Part shown: positions 12,594 through 25,302 of the stretch, in pieces
Numbering within the stretch: the stretch's first letter is position 1
Layout: the number at the start of each line of letters is the position of its first letter
NCBI GenBank assembly: GCA_964016885.1
Contig: OZ024764.1
Span: 20,088,001 to 20,152,000 of the forward strand
DNA from: Eledone cirrhosa
Lineage: Eukaryota
Reading direction: 5' to 3'
DNA length: 64,000 nt
The notes under the pieces: model-generated
What the model was told of the DNA's origin: nothing
The model's database searches: none
The model's input: only the letters and a program-made list of their open reading frames with translations
Program-made: the position numbers and the translations under genes

Positions 12594-12713
12594 CTTCTAA
12601 TTTGTCTTGCGGTACGTGATAAAAAAAAAACAACAGACTCCTCTTTGTTTTTCCAGTAGCTTATTTATTTATTTTTTTTCAATCAGATCTCAGTTTCCAG
12701 TGCCGAAATAGCT

Positions 12714-12961
12714 TGTGGTTAGAAAAAGCTATCTCACCGCTCTTCATAGGCGCCGCTAAATTCCACTGCTGGTATCTCCTCTCCCACGTGCATCCAACTC
12801 CTTAACACCGGGAGATGCCAAAACTCGCGTCTACACCGTTGCTGGTCACCACTAGAGAGGGCCATCTGCTGGCCCTTCCGGTCGAGCATCCTTCCGGCCA
12901 AGCACCCTTCCGGTCGAGCAATCCCCTGCTTCCGGCCACCGCACGCCACACCATACCCACG
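12714..12961 (-). repeat. 5' LTR
   Basis: tgtggttagaaaaagctatc...ccatacccac; visibly diverged from 8876-9125. Confidence 0.9.
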
Positions 12962-12962
12962 T

Positions 12963-13834
12963 TTTTATTAAAAACTTCACATAATTTAATTCGGTAAAAA
13001 TATTTACGTCACAAAAAAACTTGACCTTTGACATTGAAGCATGCGCAGTGGTGCAGTTGTCGACTTCCTGTCTACGTGTCAGTCTTCCTACAACATCATT
13101 TAGAAAACATTTCTGTAAATACTAAACACCTGAGACTATAATGTAAGTATTATGTCTATTAATATTGTAGATTTAAGCTCACTTTTCACATCACAAATAT
13201 ATATTTTCTTGTTTGTTTCATTACTGGAAATATAAAATGTTATCGTAATTATCTATATTTTACCTACCTCTAATTAATTAAAGTGAAAACTTTTGTTGTT
13301 GCTGAAAAATAAATTAACAAAACTAAATATTTAAATATTCTAAAGGTCGTTTTTATATTATGTGATGATATAATTAATATACTTTATTACAATTGTATAA
13401 ATTTACAGTAGAATAACGTTGTAAATATGTTTTAAATATATACATAAATAACATAAGTGTGTAAATAACATTATAAATTGCTGGCAATTCCTTGAGAAAC
13501 ACATTACAAATATATTGCCTAAACTGTGTATAATAATATAATTTATTGAACAATAATGATAAAGGAAAGAAAAACACAGTGGGAGATGGCAATTGACCAC
13601 CAGGTGTGATAATAGGCCACACCTCACACCTTAGGGGTTAACTACACACTTAGAGGCAAGCCAACACACTGGCAGCATTACTAAGGTGTTGAAATAAACA
13701 GGTACCCTCACGGGTATCACCTGGTACCTCGGTAAGGCGAGGCTAATGTGCTGAAATAACCAGGTACCCTCACGGGTATCACTTACACCTCAGTAAGGTG
13801 AGGCTAAGGTACTGAAATAACCAGGTACCATCAC
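12963..13834 (+). mobile_element. Merlin derivative copy 2 (transposase deleted) with promoter module (13004-13148) and 62-bp repeats
   Basis: Matches 6460-6698 and 7388-7669; GCATGCGCA at 13039, donor at 13143; E-box mutated to TACGTG. Confidence 0.7.
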
Positions 13835-14186
13835 GGAAACGACTAGATTTGTAGAAAAAGTAGGGTGAAAGTATACGAAGAGATGTAGTTTCACAGATCT
13901 ACTCACACCTCACGTTGGGTGGGAAATAATTATTTTTCTTAGATTTTTTTCTAGACCCCTTTTCAATATTTTCTCTGAACCCCTTAGATACTTGCAATAG
14001 ACGTTTTATTCCCCGGTGTTAGGGTTTCCGTTTTCAGGAAGAAAAGTCGATTGCAAACATCTAAGAGGTCGAGAAATGAAATTAAGGAAAGATAATTATT
14101 TCCCAGCCAACTGGAGAAGTGTGTAGCTCTTCTAAACTCTGATAATCCTGTCTCCCACTTCTTTATCTACAAATCTAGTCGTTTCC
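13835..14186. mobile_element. Foldback MITE copy 2
   Basis: Same GGAAACGACTAG TIRs and flanks as 7670-8021. Confidence 0.8.
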
Positions 14187-14732
14187 TGCTACTTTGAAGG
14201 CCCTATTTATTGATAACACCACTTGTAAATCTTTGTTAACTTTTCATACGTAAATTGTGAATCAGTTATTTTTAAACAAACTATCAAAGAAGTGATCTCA
14301 CAGTAACTGTGTTTGATTTAATCAACTTATTCCCCCCAAACATTGTCGACCTTGTGTCTAAATCAGAAACTATTATTAGATCTTAAATCAACCTCGTAAA
14401 GATGAAGGGCAAAGCTAACCTCGGCGGGATTTCAACCCTTTATGTTATGAGTTCAAATCCTACCAAAGTTAACTTTGTCTTTCATTCTAACGGGGTGGAT
14501 AAATTAAAGTTCCAGTAACCTACTGGGGTCTGAGATATTAAGGTTTGAGTAGATTCTATCTTTTGTGTTTTTGTATTTATAATCTTACTAGAACACCTGT
14601 GACCTGTTGGGTCACGTTCCCTTTAAAAATAATATTTAAATAATTAAAATATACACAGACGTGTATATAATGTAAAATGAAATTATTAGGCCCATATATA
14701 TATAATTATATATATGCGTGTGTGTGTATATA

Positions 14733-15583
14733 CAGGGTGTGGACGATATTTGTTCACAATTTTCAACTGCTAAATTTATGCAAATTTTTTTTACTTCCGT
14801 TGTCACTCTTGTCTTCATAAAAACAGCGACTATATTTCCATTATTTATTTTCCGAATAATTGATTATGAATAATTTTGAACCTCCAAATTTGTGGAAGAG
14901 ACAGAGTTCCTCTTGGAATCCGCGCCTGGAGGACAAATAAGGACCAGAAGATCAACTCCCAGAACAACAGGTGGCTCGCTGTCTCATCCAAAGACCTGCC
15001 CAGAGTCATGTAGACAAAGTTTCCAGCGACAGCATTGGTCTTTGGTGTTATCAGCAGTCAAGGTGACGTCAAGCCACCTCACTTCTTCCCTGAGGACCTC
15101 AAGCTGAACACCGATGGCTACATCCACGTTCTGAGCGAGGTAGTAAAGCCCTGGATCGATCAGGTAGCTGCAGGTAGGCTGTACGTGTGGCAGCAAGACC
15201 CAAGCCTTGCTGTCAGAGAACTTCGTCGACCACACTTCACCTGACATCTGGCCTCCCAGCTCGCCTGACTGCAACCACCTCGACTTCTTTGTATGGGGCG
15301 CAGTGGAACGAGACACCAACAGATGTAGCTGCAATACGAAAGACGATCTGAAGGCCAGGATCACAAGTGCCTTTAGGGGCCTAAGTCGGGGGACAGTGAC
15401 AAAGGCCTGTAGCTGGTTCCGAGGCCGTCATCAAAGCCAATGGCTGGTTTATGGAGTGAGATCGAAGGAACAAGTCATGAAGACAAACTGACACAAGTTT
15501 GATAAATATATCTTAAAAAATAAAACTACTGTCTTATTTTTTCCTAGACAGTAATCTTGCGAACAAATATCGTTCGCACCCTG
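14733..15583 (+). mobile_element. Tc1/mariner element, maT (DD37D)-like, internally deleted
   Basis: TA|CAGGGTGTGGACGATATTTGTTC ... GAACAAATATCGTTCGCACCCTG|TA; transposase motifs V.GVISS.G, WQQD, WPPSSPDCNHLDFFVWG. Confidence 0.88.
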
Positions 15584-15679
15584 TATATATGTGTGTGTGT
15601 CTGTGGCCTTAATACCCTAGTCACAGACACACTCATACACACACACACACACAAGTAATAATTTCGTTCAACAACATGA

Positions 15680-16785
15680 GGGCGTGGGGGCATATTGTCT
15701 ATATGCTTCAGCTTCAGCTTGTACCCGTGGGGTGGTCGGGTCTTCTGTATTACTGCATGACGCCAGAGGTCACGGTCGTGTGTCATCGCCTTTGAGAGGT
15801 GTAATTGGGTAAGGTCGGCTTTTATCACCTCATCCCAGGTCTTCTTGGGTCTCCCCACTCCACGGCTTCCATCGACTTCTAGTGCTCTGCACCTTTTTAT
15901 GCAGCTGTCATCCTTCATACGCATCACATGTCCATACCAACGCAACCGCCTCTCCTGCACACAGCATTTGATTCCTCTTATGCTCAGTCTCTCTCTCAAT
16001 TCGTTTCTGCTTTGCCGTTCACGTATATTACTATTACACATCCAACAGAGCATGCAGGCTTCATTTCTTTCTAATCTACGTAAGTCTTCCACCTTCAGCA
16101 CCCAGGTCTCACTACCATGCAACATTGCTGTTTGTATGCACGCATCATCCAGTCATGAACTTCTTCCATCCCATTCTTACCCTAGTCATTGTACTTTCCG
16201 AACACCCACCTCCGCTCCTAATTCGGTCACCTGGGTAGCAGAAGCTGTCTACTGTTTCTACAGAGCCCTCTCAGAGATTGGTAGTACTTATTTCCTGTGG
16301 CTGTTTGCTGCTTGCTGTCCCAGCACAACTGCTACATGTGAAGCATGCTACATTCTTAATTAAGCTTCCTGAGATCCCGCTACATCTCTTGTGTACCCAT
16401 TGTTTGTATTTGGGGCAGAGGACGGAGTTCCTACCTACACCTTTCCCACATACTAAGCAAGGCCATTTCCCTGAGGGATCTGGGTTCGGCTTTCTCGTCT
16501 ACTTACAAAGACTTTAGTCTTTGTCAGGTTGACTTTGAGACCCTTTCTTTCTAGTCCCTGCTTCCAAGTTTGGAATTTCTTCTCTAGTTCTACCATAGAG
16601 TCAGCTATAAGTGCGAGGTCATCTGCATACAGGAGTTCCCATGGGCATCCGGTCTTAAACTCCTCCGTTATTGCCTGCAGAACTATGATGAACAGGAGAG
16701 GGCTAAGAACAGAGTCCTCTCTCTAGTCATTGCTAATGCTAACTCTGCTGACTGCTCCCCTATACATGGCTGGTACAGCTTTCAC
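15680..16785 (-). mobile_element. RTE LINE 3' fragment
   Basis: LHGSETW, RRLRWYGHVMR, GRPKKTW and WELLYADD; closely related to 790-5219. Confidence 0.88.
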
Positions 16786-16937
16786 ATTTCGGGGTCAACT
16801 TCCTTTCAAACTATTTTCCCATTATGCCCCGTTTTAGCTGTATTACATTAGAGACAAGACACAATCACAGAGTTTTAGGTTTATAATGTTATAGTATCAT
16901 GATAGGGTAATACAGTTATTTATAGACCTGTGGTAAA

Positions 16938-17068
16938 TGTTGGTTCAGTGCACCCTGGGGGATGTTAGTGTTGGTTCAGTCCACTCTGGGGGGTGTTAGT
17001 GTTGGTTCAGTCCACCCTGGGGGGTGTAAGTGTTGGTTCAGTCTACACTGAGGGGTGTCAGTGTTGGT
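16938..17068. repeat. ~31-bp minisatellite, ~4 units
   Basis: gttggttcagtccaccctggggggtgttagt repeated. Confidence 0.75.
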
Positions 17069-17084
17069 CAATGATAACCTTTAT

Positions 17085-17451
17085 AACTAGAGACCTGTTG
17101 GTGAGGACAAGCTGGAAGTGGTGACATCTTTCTGCTACCTGTGTGACATGTCAGCTGGAAGTGGAGCCAAGTTCACTGCCATCGTGCTGTGCCACTCCAC
17201 AGGTAACAAATTTAGGCAGCTTCTCCTAATCTTCAAGACATGCTGGCTACCATTACACACCATGGGGCAGATTTATAACACCTGTGGGAGAAGTGTGTTG
17301 TTTCATGCCAGCGAGACCTGGGCCATGTTATCTGACTGTCTGAATTGACTCTGAAGAAATGACAGAGCTATGATCCACTGGATGTGTAATGTGACCATTG
17401 AGGATGATGTCAGCTCAACTGAGCTCTTAAAAAAACTGCTGATCGACAACC
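17085..17451 (+). mobile_element. Old RTE fragment (C-terminal region)
   Basis: LEVVTSFCYL, HASETWA, DRAMIHWMC. Confidence 0.7.
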
Positions 17452-20087
17452 TCAAGGATGTGTTTCACAGGAGACACATGCACTGGTATGGCCATGTTGT
17501 GCATTCTCTCTCAATTCATCTATGCTTGGTCGTTGATGCACATTGACATTGCACATCCAACGGAGCATACTTGCTTCATTTCTCTCCAGCCATCGCATAT
17601 CCTCCACAGTTGCTGTCCATGTCTCACTACCATGCAGCATCACACATCTCACGTAGGCATCACCAGCCATTCGTTCTTAGGGAGAAACCCTTCTTTGTCA
17701 ACAGAGGAAGCAGCTCCCTAAATGTCTTCCAACCCGTCCTTATTATAAATACTATGGTCTCACAACACACTCCCCCCTTGTGCTAATCTGATCACCTAGG
17801 TATCAGAAGCTATCAACCACCTCTGTAGATCCTTCCTGCATTTGAAACATGTGTCTCACTGCAACTTCTACTCTCAAATTTCCCTGTACATCTACTGCAT
17901 ATGTAGTTTTGCCTACCTGTTAGTTTGCCTGCTATCCCACTACATTTCTTGTGTACCCAAAATCTGCATTGTGTACATTATAGAATTTATGCCAGTTCCT
18001 TTTCTACATATTGAACAAGGCCATTTCCCTGATGGAATGACAGTTTTGTCCTCTTTTCTACTCATCAACACTTTAGTCTTAGCTAGGTTCACTCTCAGTC
18101 CTCTTGATTCCAACTGCTGTTGCAATAGCCAGAATTTATTCTCTAGCTCCTCTCCTGATTCTGCTATAAGAACCATATCGTCAGCATAGAGAAGTTCCCA
18201 TGGGCACCTAGTCTTAAACTCCTCTGTTATGACTTGGAGGACTATAATGAACAAGAGCGGGCTGAGGACCGAAACCTGATGTACTCCTGCATCTGTAATT
18301 CCTCACTAAACTCCATGCCTACCCTCACTTTACTGACAGCACCTCTGTACATAGCTTGCACTGTCTTCACAAGCCATTCCTCTACACCTAGTTTCCTTAG
18401 GGACCACCAGATGACAGATTGGGGTATTCTATCAAAGGCCTTCTCTAGGTCAACAAAAACTAAGTATAGTGGTTTTCTTCTCTAAGAACCTCTCTTGTAG
18501 TTGTCTCACTAAGAAGAGGGCATCTGTTTGACTCTTTCTCTAAGTTGCGCTAGTATTCTTTCTGTCACTTTCATAACCTGATCCATCAGTTTTATGCCCT
18601 TATAATTACTCCCCTCCAGAACATCCCCTTTACCTCAATTTATGAGAATACTGCTGCACCAGTCTTTGGGTATGACACCACCATATATAGCTTGATTAAT
18701 GATGCATGCAACCAGTTTAATTCCTACTTCTCTTGATGCCTTCAGCATCTTAGCAACTATCCCCAACAGTCCAGCGGACTTACCATTTTCATTTCCTTAA
18801 TTGGACCCTATAGTCGTCAATCTCAATAGCTGGTCCTTCTGTCGGGTCTACTGAAGGTAGCTCCCCTCCTATTCATTCTCCACATTCATCAGTCTCTCAT
18901 AATGACATTTCCAGGCCTCCTTTTTTTTGAGAATCAGTGACACTAAGTGCACCAACATCCTGATTTACACTGACACACTGCCTTGCAATGTGGATCACTG
19001 CACATCTCTGATCTCCCTATCGCAGGACATTGGCAAACCTTCTACTCTCAGCCTCCCTGCATGTTAAGTAGGCCTGACATCTAGCTTCTCTCTTAGCGGC
19101 TGTGAATCGGTCTCTACCCCTACCATTTTCCAAGCCTTTTGTCTCTAATGGCTCTATCTAGCGTGCTGTTCCACCACCAGGTCACTCTCTGTCTGGTTGG
19201 AGCTCTGCTCCAGCCACAGGTTTCAGTAACCTGCAGTAAGTTGTTACGTAAGAAATTCCAGTTATCATCTATGTCATACGACTCTAAATCGTCTTCCTTT
19301 TCGTCATACACATCTTGAAGGGCTTTCCTGAATTCATATTTTAGTGAAAGGTCTTTTAGTTTCCAGACCTTCCTTTTTCACACTTTCTTGTATGTCTCAC
19401 TTTGTCTCTTGCTTACTGAGATGTCACTAACGATTAACCTATGTTGGGGGGTTACATTGTTCCCTGGGATATGCCTTAGTATTTGACACATCTGTCTGAC
19501 TTGCTGCCTAACTAGCAAGAAGTCAATCTGTCTCATGTGCTCACCTGATTGGTAGGTAATTAGGTGGTTGGTAGGTTTCTTTAAGTATTGCAAATGGTTA
19601 GTTCACTTGCATCACAAAATACAAGAAGCCTCACTCCTTCTTCATTTCTTGAGCCATAACCATGACCATCATGTACCCCAGTGTATCCATCCTGGAGCTG
19701 TCCAACATGACCATTGAAGTCCCCTGCTATTATAACTAGGTCTCTGTCATTGAGGTTATCTCTACTTATTCCTTTTCTACATATGGAGCAGGGCTACTTT
19801 CTTGAAGGGGTCAGGGTCTTCTCTCCTATCCATTAGCACTTTAGTTTTGGCTAAGTATATTCTCAGAACTTACCATTTCAAATTCTATATCTATAGCTGG
19901 TCATCTACATAGAGAAGTTTCCATAGACAGCCAGTCTTAAACCTCTCTGTTATGGCTTGGAGAACTATGATGAACAACAGTGGGCTAAGAACTAAACCAT
20001 GATGAACTCCTACCTGTACCTTCAATTCCTCACTAAACACACTTTACTGACAGCTTCTCACAAGCCATTCTTCTACACCTAATTTCT
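17452..20087 (-). mobile_element. Degenerate RTE LINE fragments (EN to RT C-terminus)
   Basis: HLITYQSG, VTWWWN, CPWELLYADD, LHGSETW; second RT piece at ~19780-20087; paralogous copies at 33990-34618 and 62633-64000. Confidence 0.85.
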
Positions 20088-20091
20088 TTAA

Positions 20092-20299
20092 CCCTTTAGT
20101 ATATAAACTGGCCATATCTGGCCAGAATTGTCTCACATCTTTCTGTTCAAACTGGCCGTAACTGGTCACTTATACTTATATTAAGGTATTGTTCTCAAAA
20201 TAAGTAACATCAAAATCTCATAGATTTGATATTATGTGAGATAAAGCATTTACTCTGAAAATATAATAGTAAATATAGAGTAATGTGAATACTAAAGGG
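20092..20299. mobile_element. piggyBac-type MITE
   Basis: TTAA|CCCTTTAGTAT ... ATACTAAAGGG|TTAA. Confidence 0.85.
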
Positions 20300-20300
20300 T

Positions 20301-20948
20301 TAATCTGAGGTCACTATTAACTACTTTTATCAGTCAGTTTAATCTGATATCACTAATAACTACTTTTATCAGTCACTTTAATCTAATGTCACTAATAACT
20401 ACTTTTATCAGTCAGTATAATCTAATGTCACTAATAACTACTTTTATCAGTCAGTTTAATCTAAGGTCACTAATAACTACTTTTATCAGTCAGTATAATC
20501 TACTGTCACTAATAACTACTTTTATCAGTCAGTATAATCTAATCTCACTAATAACTACTTTTATCAGTCAGTTTAATCTAATGTCACTAATAACTACTTT
20601 TATCAGTCAGTATAATCTACTGTCACTAATAACTACTTTCATCAGTCAGTATAATCTAATGTCACTAATAACTACTTTCATCAGTCAGTATAATCTAATG
20701 TCACTAATAACTACTTTTATCAGTCAGTTTAATCTAATGCCACTAATAACTACTTTTATCAGTCAGTATAATCTAATGTCACTAATAACTACTTTTATCA
20801 GTCAGTATAATCTACTGCCACTAATAACTACTTTTATCAGTCAGTATAATCTAATGTCACTAATAACTACTTTTATCAGTCAGTTTAATCTAATGTCACT
20901 AATAACTACTTTTATCAGTCAGTTTAATCTACTACCACTAATAACTAA
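20301..20948 (+). repeat. 39-bp tandem repeat, ~16.5 units
   Basis: Unit taatctaatgtcactaataactacttttatcagtcagtW; translates as MSLITTFISQ(Y/F)NL repeats. Confidence 0.95.
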
Positions 20949-21075
20949 CCTATGTTAGGCAGCACATTCTTCACCAAAGAAGGCCTTAGTATTTATTAGA
21001 GTCCATTTATCAATATAGAAATATTCTATGAAATTTGTACTGATGTATTACAAGTTTCTGAGTATCTTATAATGT

Positions 21076-21092
21076 TCTTTTATTATTTCAGA
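21076..21092 (+). promoter_or_regulatory. Probable splice acceptor of the ZNF terminal exon
   Basis: ttcttttattatttcAG|aatacc; conserved at 35230; similar ttcAG|aata junction at the relic exons. Confidence 0.6.
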
Positions 21093-21903
21093 ATACCAGA
21101 GGACATAGGCATTAAAGAGCACGTTACATCAGACATATCCTCAATATTTACCATTTCTAAAATATTACCCATCATTTTCAAATAATTTTGAAAACACTCA
21201 ACACTTTGAAGGGATTTAATAATATAACTAAATTTCTCAGTATTAAGCTGCTATTTGGAACATAACTTTGCACAATTTCATGAAGTTACAATGGAAAGTT
21301 TTTAGATAAATATAAAGACTGGTATGAAAATGATAAAACACTTTTATATCAGTTGTTTCATCAACACCATTATTTATAGACTAAAGGAAGCTGTTATACA
21401 GAACAGACACAACCTTGTTTATATAAATCTATGGGAGAAATACTGGAAAATATTTCTTGTAAACTCAATAACACTTCTATTCTTTGCTGTCTGGAATATG
21501 TAGAAGATACAAAATAAAGCAGAAGAAATTTACACATGATTTTGTAATATCTTCATATATTGACAAAGATGATAGTTGATGGAACTACAGGAGTAGAAAT
21601 ATTTCCATTATTACAGGAATAACTAATCAAATAAAAACCAAAAAAATTAGATTCTTCACTGTCTGGAATATGTACAAGATGATTTTATATGTATATTAAA
21701 CTTGAAGAGATCTACAAAACAGTTTGTATCATCTTTAAATATAAAGAAAGACCAAGTTGATGGAAATATATCTGGAGGAATATGTTTTAGGAATAATATT
21801 ATAAACATAAAGAAGAAAAATATCCATATATTGACAGAAGAAAAATATTAAAACTGTGAATTATGTGTGAAACTGAGGTCATTGATATCTTTTAGTAGGA
21901 GTT

Positions 21904-23187
21904 ATGTCGAAAAATATAGTAAAATCACCATTCCACTGTGATATCTGTGACAAATCATTCTCTCGTAGTAATCAGCTAACTACTCACAAACGTATTCATA
22001 CAGGAGAGAAGCCTTATAAGTGTGATATCTGTAACAAAACATTCAGTCACAGTAGTAGCGTCAGAGTTCACAAACAAATTCATACAGGAGAGAAGCCATA
22101 TCACTGTGACATCTGCGGTAATTCATTCTCTCAGAGTAATCACCTAACTACTCACAAATATATTCATACAGGAGAGAAACCATATCACTGTGACATCTGT
22201 GGTAAATCATTCTCTCATAGTAATCACCTAACTACTCACAAACGTATTCATACAGGAGAGAAGCCTTATAAGTGTGATATCTGTAACAAATCATTCAGTC
22301 ACAGTAGTAGCATCAGAGTTCACAAACAAATTCATTCAGGAGAGAAGCCATATCACTGTGACATCTGCGGTAAATCATTCTCTGACAGAAGTAGCTTTGT
22401 TAAACACCATCGTATTCATACAGGAGAGAAGCCATATCACTGTGATATCTGCGGTATTTCATTCTCTCAGAGAAATCACCGAATGACTCACAAACGTATT
22501 CATACAGGAGAAAAACCATATCACTGTGATATCTGTGGTAAAACATTCTCTGAAAATAATAATCTAGCTACTCACAAACGTATTCATACAGGAGAGAAGC
22601 CATATCATTGTGACATCTGTGGTAAATCATTTTCTCGTAGTCACCTAACTACTCACAAACGTATTCATACAGGAGAGAAGCCATATCACTGTGATATCTG
22701 TGATAAATCATTCTCTCATAGTAAAACCTTAACTACCCACAAATGTACTCATACAGGAGGGAGGCCATATCACTGTGATATCTGTGATAAATCATTCTCT
22801 CAGCATAAAACCTTAACTATCCACAAACGTACTCATACAGGAGAGAAGCCATATCACTGTGACATCTGTGGTAAATCATTCTCTCATAGTAATACCTTAG
22901 CTATCCACAAACGTACTCATACAGGAGAGAAGCCATATCATTGTGACATCTGTGGTAAATCATTCGCTGACAGAACTAGCTTAGCTACCCACAAACGTAC
23001 TCATACAGGAGAGAAGCCATATCACTGTGACATCTGTGGTAAATCATTCTCTCATAGTAATACCTTAGCTACCCACAAACGTACTCATACAAGCGAGAAG
23101 CCATATCCCTGTGACATCTGTGGTAAATCATTCAGTCACCGTAGTAACTTAACTACCCACAAACGTACTCATACAGGAGTACTCTGA
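21904..23187 (+). CDS. Tandem C2H2 zinc-finger protein, 15 fingers, no effector domain visible
   Basis: 427-aa ORF of CxxC-x12-HxxxH fingers with TGEKP linkers; finger 9 one residue short; AATAAA at 23502. Confidence 0.92.
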   Translation: MSKNIVKSPFHCDICDKSFSRSNQLTTHKRIHTGEKPYKCDICNKTFSHSSSVRVHKQIHTGEKPYHCDICGNSFSQSNHLTTHKYIHTGEKPYHCDICGKSFSHSNHLTTHKRIHTGEKPYKCDICNKSFSHSSSIRVHKQIHSGEKPYHCDICGKSFSDRSSFVKHHRIHTGEKPYHCDICGISFSQRNHRMTHKRIHTGEKPYHCDICGKTFSENNNLATHKRIHTGEKPYHCDICGKSFSRSHLTTHKRIHTGEKPYHCDICDKSFSHSKTLTTHKCTHTGGRPYHCDICDKSFSQHKTLTIHKRTHTGEKPYHCDICGKSFSHSNTLAIHKRTHTGEKPYHCDICGKSFADRTSLATHKRTHTGEKPYHCDICGKSFSHSNTLATHKRTHTSEKPYPCDICGKSFSHRSNLTTHKRTHTGVL

Positions 23188-23887
23188 CAGTAGTACCTTA
23201 ACCAAGCATGTGTGTATTCATACAGAAGTTTAGCTGTATCAATATCAAACTCATTACATCATACTACAACAACAACAACAATTGTGTAGATCCATCATCC
23301 TGGCTAAAACTGAGGTTAACCTTGTAGGTTTTACCTATGACAGGGATCATAAACACCAGGTTTCTATTTTTGAAGCAGTGTTTGAAGATTTTGTGTAAAG
23401 TAAAGTTTTTCACATTAAACTTTGATTTATTATACTTTAACAGGTAAGATATATATTTGTATTTTTAGTAAAGTTGGGAACTTCTGTAATTTAAACCTGC
23501 CAATAAAATGAAAACTTTTGTTGTTGCTAGTCTGACATTGATATTAATTCTATTGTCCTGTACATTGTCTCAAATATCACAGATTAAACAGATTTTAACA
23601 ATAACAACAGAAATCAATAACTTGTAAGCCTAATATCTAGCTTCCATTTTAACTATTTGATATTGTTGTTCCTCTCCTATCTCTTCAGGTCTTTTAGATT
23701 TCAACTTCTATCTACTGTACTATTCCATCACCAAGGCAACATTCATCTGGCTGGCAGCTTACATCAACTACAGATCTCATCAGTGGTTCACAACAGGCTG
23801 TCTGAAAGAAACTTCCAGATATCTTCTATGTCATAGCTATCAATCTCATCCTCCTTATCATATGTATCATGTAGAACATCTCTGAAT

Positions 23888-24132
23888 TTATATTTAACAG
23901 GGAGATCTTTTACTATCCCTACCCTTTTCTCTAGGTTGTCTTGTACCTCTCTCACAGTCCCTCTAGATCTTATATTTAACGGAGATATTTTACTGTCCCT
24001 ACCCTTTTCTCTAGGTTGTCTTGTACCACTCTCACAGTCCCTGTAGATCTTATATTTAACAGGGAGATCTTTTACTCTCCAACCCTTCTATCTCCAGATA
24101 GTCTTGTATCTGTCAGTCCCTCTAGATCTTAC
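23888..24132. repeat. ~82-bp tandem repeat, 3 units
   Basis: ttatatttaacagggagatcttttactatccctacccttttctctaggttgtcttgtacctctctcacagtccctctagatc; 5 units at 37389-37795 and ~3 at 49917-50150. Confidence 0.88.
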
Positions 24133-24421
24133 ACCTAGTATCTAGTCTATGTTGAGTGGTACGTCCTTCTCCAGTAAAGGAGTTAATATTCCCAACCATC
24201 TGTCTATCCTGTTTTCTGATGAGAATGAAGTCAATCTAGTTTATCTCTTCACCTGATTGAAGTAACTAGATCAAGTAACTAGATGGTTTCCTGTAAGTTA
24301 GTGTTGCAGTGTTTGTGTCACCATGTAAGGTTTATATCTATTAATATAGAGATGTAGTAAAGTTTTCACTGTTGTATCTCTATTTTCTAAATATCTTAAT
24401 AATGTTTCTCTACTATTTCAG

Positions 24422-24780
24422 AATATCACATGACCTTGACAGAAAAGAGTCTTTTAAAGACAACAGAAAGATGTTACATACAAGTGATATAAACTTGTTT
24501 AGTCTGTGGTGAATTATGGTGAAATATTTCTTCTGAATTGTGATAAATAACAACATTTTCCTTTTTCACTGTCTGGAATATTTACAAGATGATTTTACAT
24601 TCTGATTAAACTTTGGATATTTACAAAGGAGTTTTCAAAATATTTGGATATTGACAAAGATCACATTTGATAAAATTATGAACAATAGAAATATTTACAT
24701 CAACATAGGAATATTTTCCAGAAGAGATGGGAAAATCATTATACCACTGTAATATTTGTGGTAAAGTATTCTCTATTCTT
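24422..24780 (+). pseudogene. Relic ZNF terminal exon
   Basis: ttcAG|aata acceptor, shares the ctgtctggaatat...caagatgatttt motif with the ZNF 5' region, ends in MGKSLYHCNICGKVFS; copies at 38073-38430 and 50439-50798. Confidence 0.65.
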
Positions 24781-24917
24781 TATATGTAGAACATCTAACT
24801 AAACACTTTAACTAACAAACTATTGTGCTATAGAATTGACAAACTTGAACAATGTTTAATAAATGTTACAGATTTCTCCAAACTGTCGTTTACTAACTTT
24901 AATTTGAAGCTATATTA

Positions 24918-25302
24918 TCTATATACTACTAAAACTGTGATTGTGTCTTGTCCGTAATTTAATACAGCTAAAACAGTGCATAATGGGGAAATACTTTGAA
25001 AAGAATAAAACAAGTTTTGTATAAAATGGAGCACAGGTTCCCAAGATACGGGGTTTTCTGGGTACCTTCATAAATATAGGGAGAGAAAGAGATAGTGGTT
25101 GTGAGAGTGAGGAGACAGATGGATGAGAGAGAGAGAGAGCTGCTGGTGTTGTTTAATAAAATGTCTGCGTATATATATATATATATGTGTCTATATATAT
25201 ATGTCTGTATATTTTAACTATTTGAACATTATTTTTAAGTGAACATGATTTTAAAATAATAGTTTTAAGGGAACGTGACCCAACAGGTCGCGGGTGGTCT
25301 AG
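24918..25302 (+). mobile_element. Non-autonomous Helitron
   Basis: A|TCTATATACTACTAAAA start; 3' hairpin GTGACC-CAACA-GGTCGC, then CTAG|T; internal microsatellites. Confidence 0.82.

Larger units (their letters stand above)
8876..12961 (-). mobile_element. Ty3/Gypsy LTR retrotransposon, degenerate
   Basis: Two ~250-bp LTRs, polypurine tract gagatcagggggggggcg next to the 3' LTR, domain order gag-PR-RT-RH-IN; no TSD. Confidence 0.93.

Noticed and set aside
9370-12600. Many alternative-frame and antisense ORFs over the Gypsy, RTE and CRE elements
   Set aside because: Shadow ORFs of GC-richer TE coding sequence.
20386-20958. 190-aa MSLITTFISQ repeat ORF as a protein gene, or the array as CRISPR
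   Set aside because: The open frame follows from a stop-free 39-bp unit; there are no unique spacers, no cas genes, and the context is eukaryotic.
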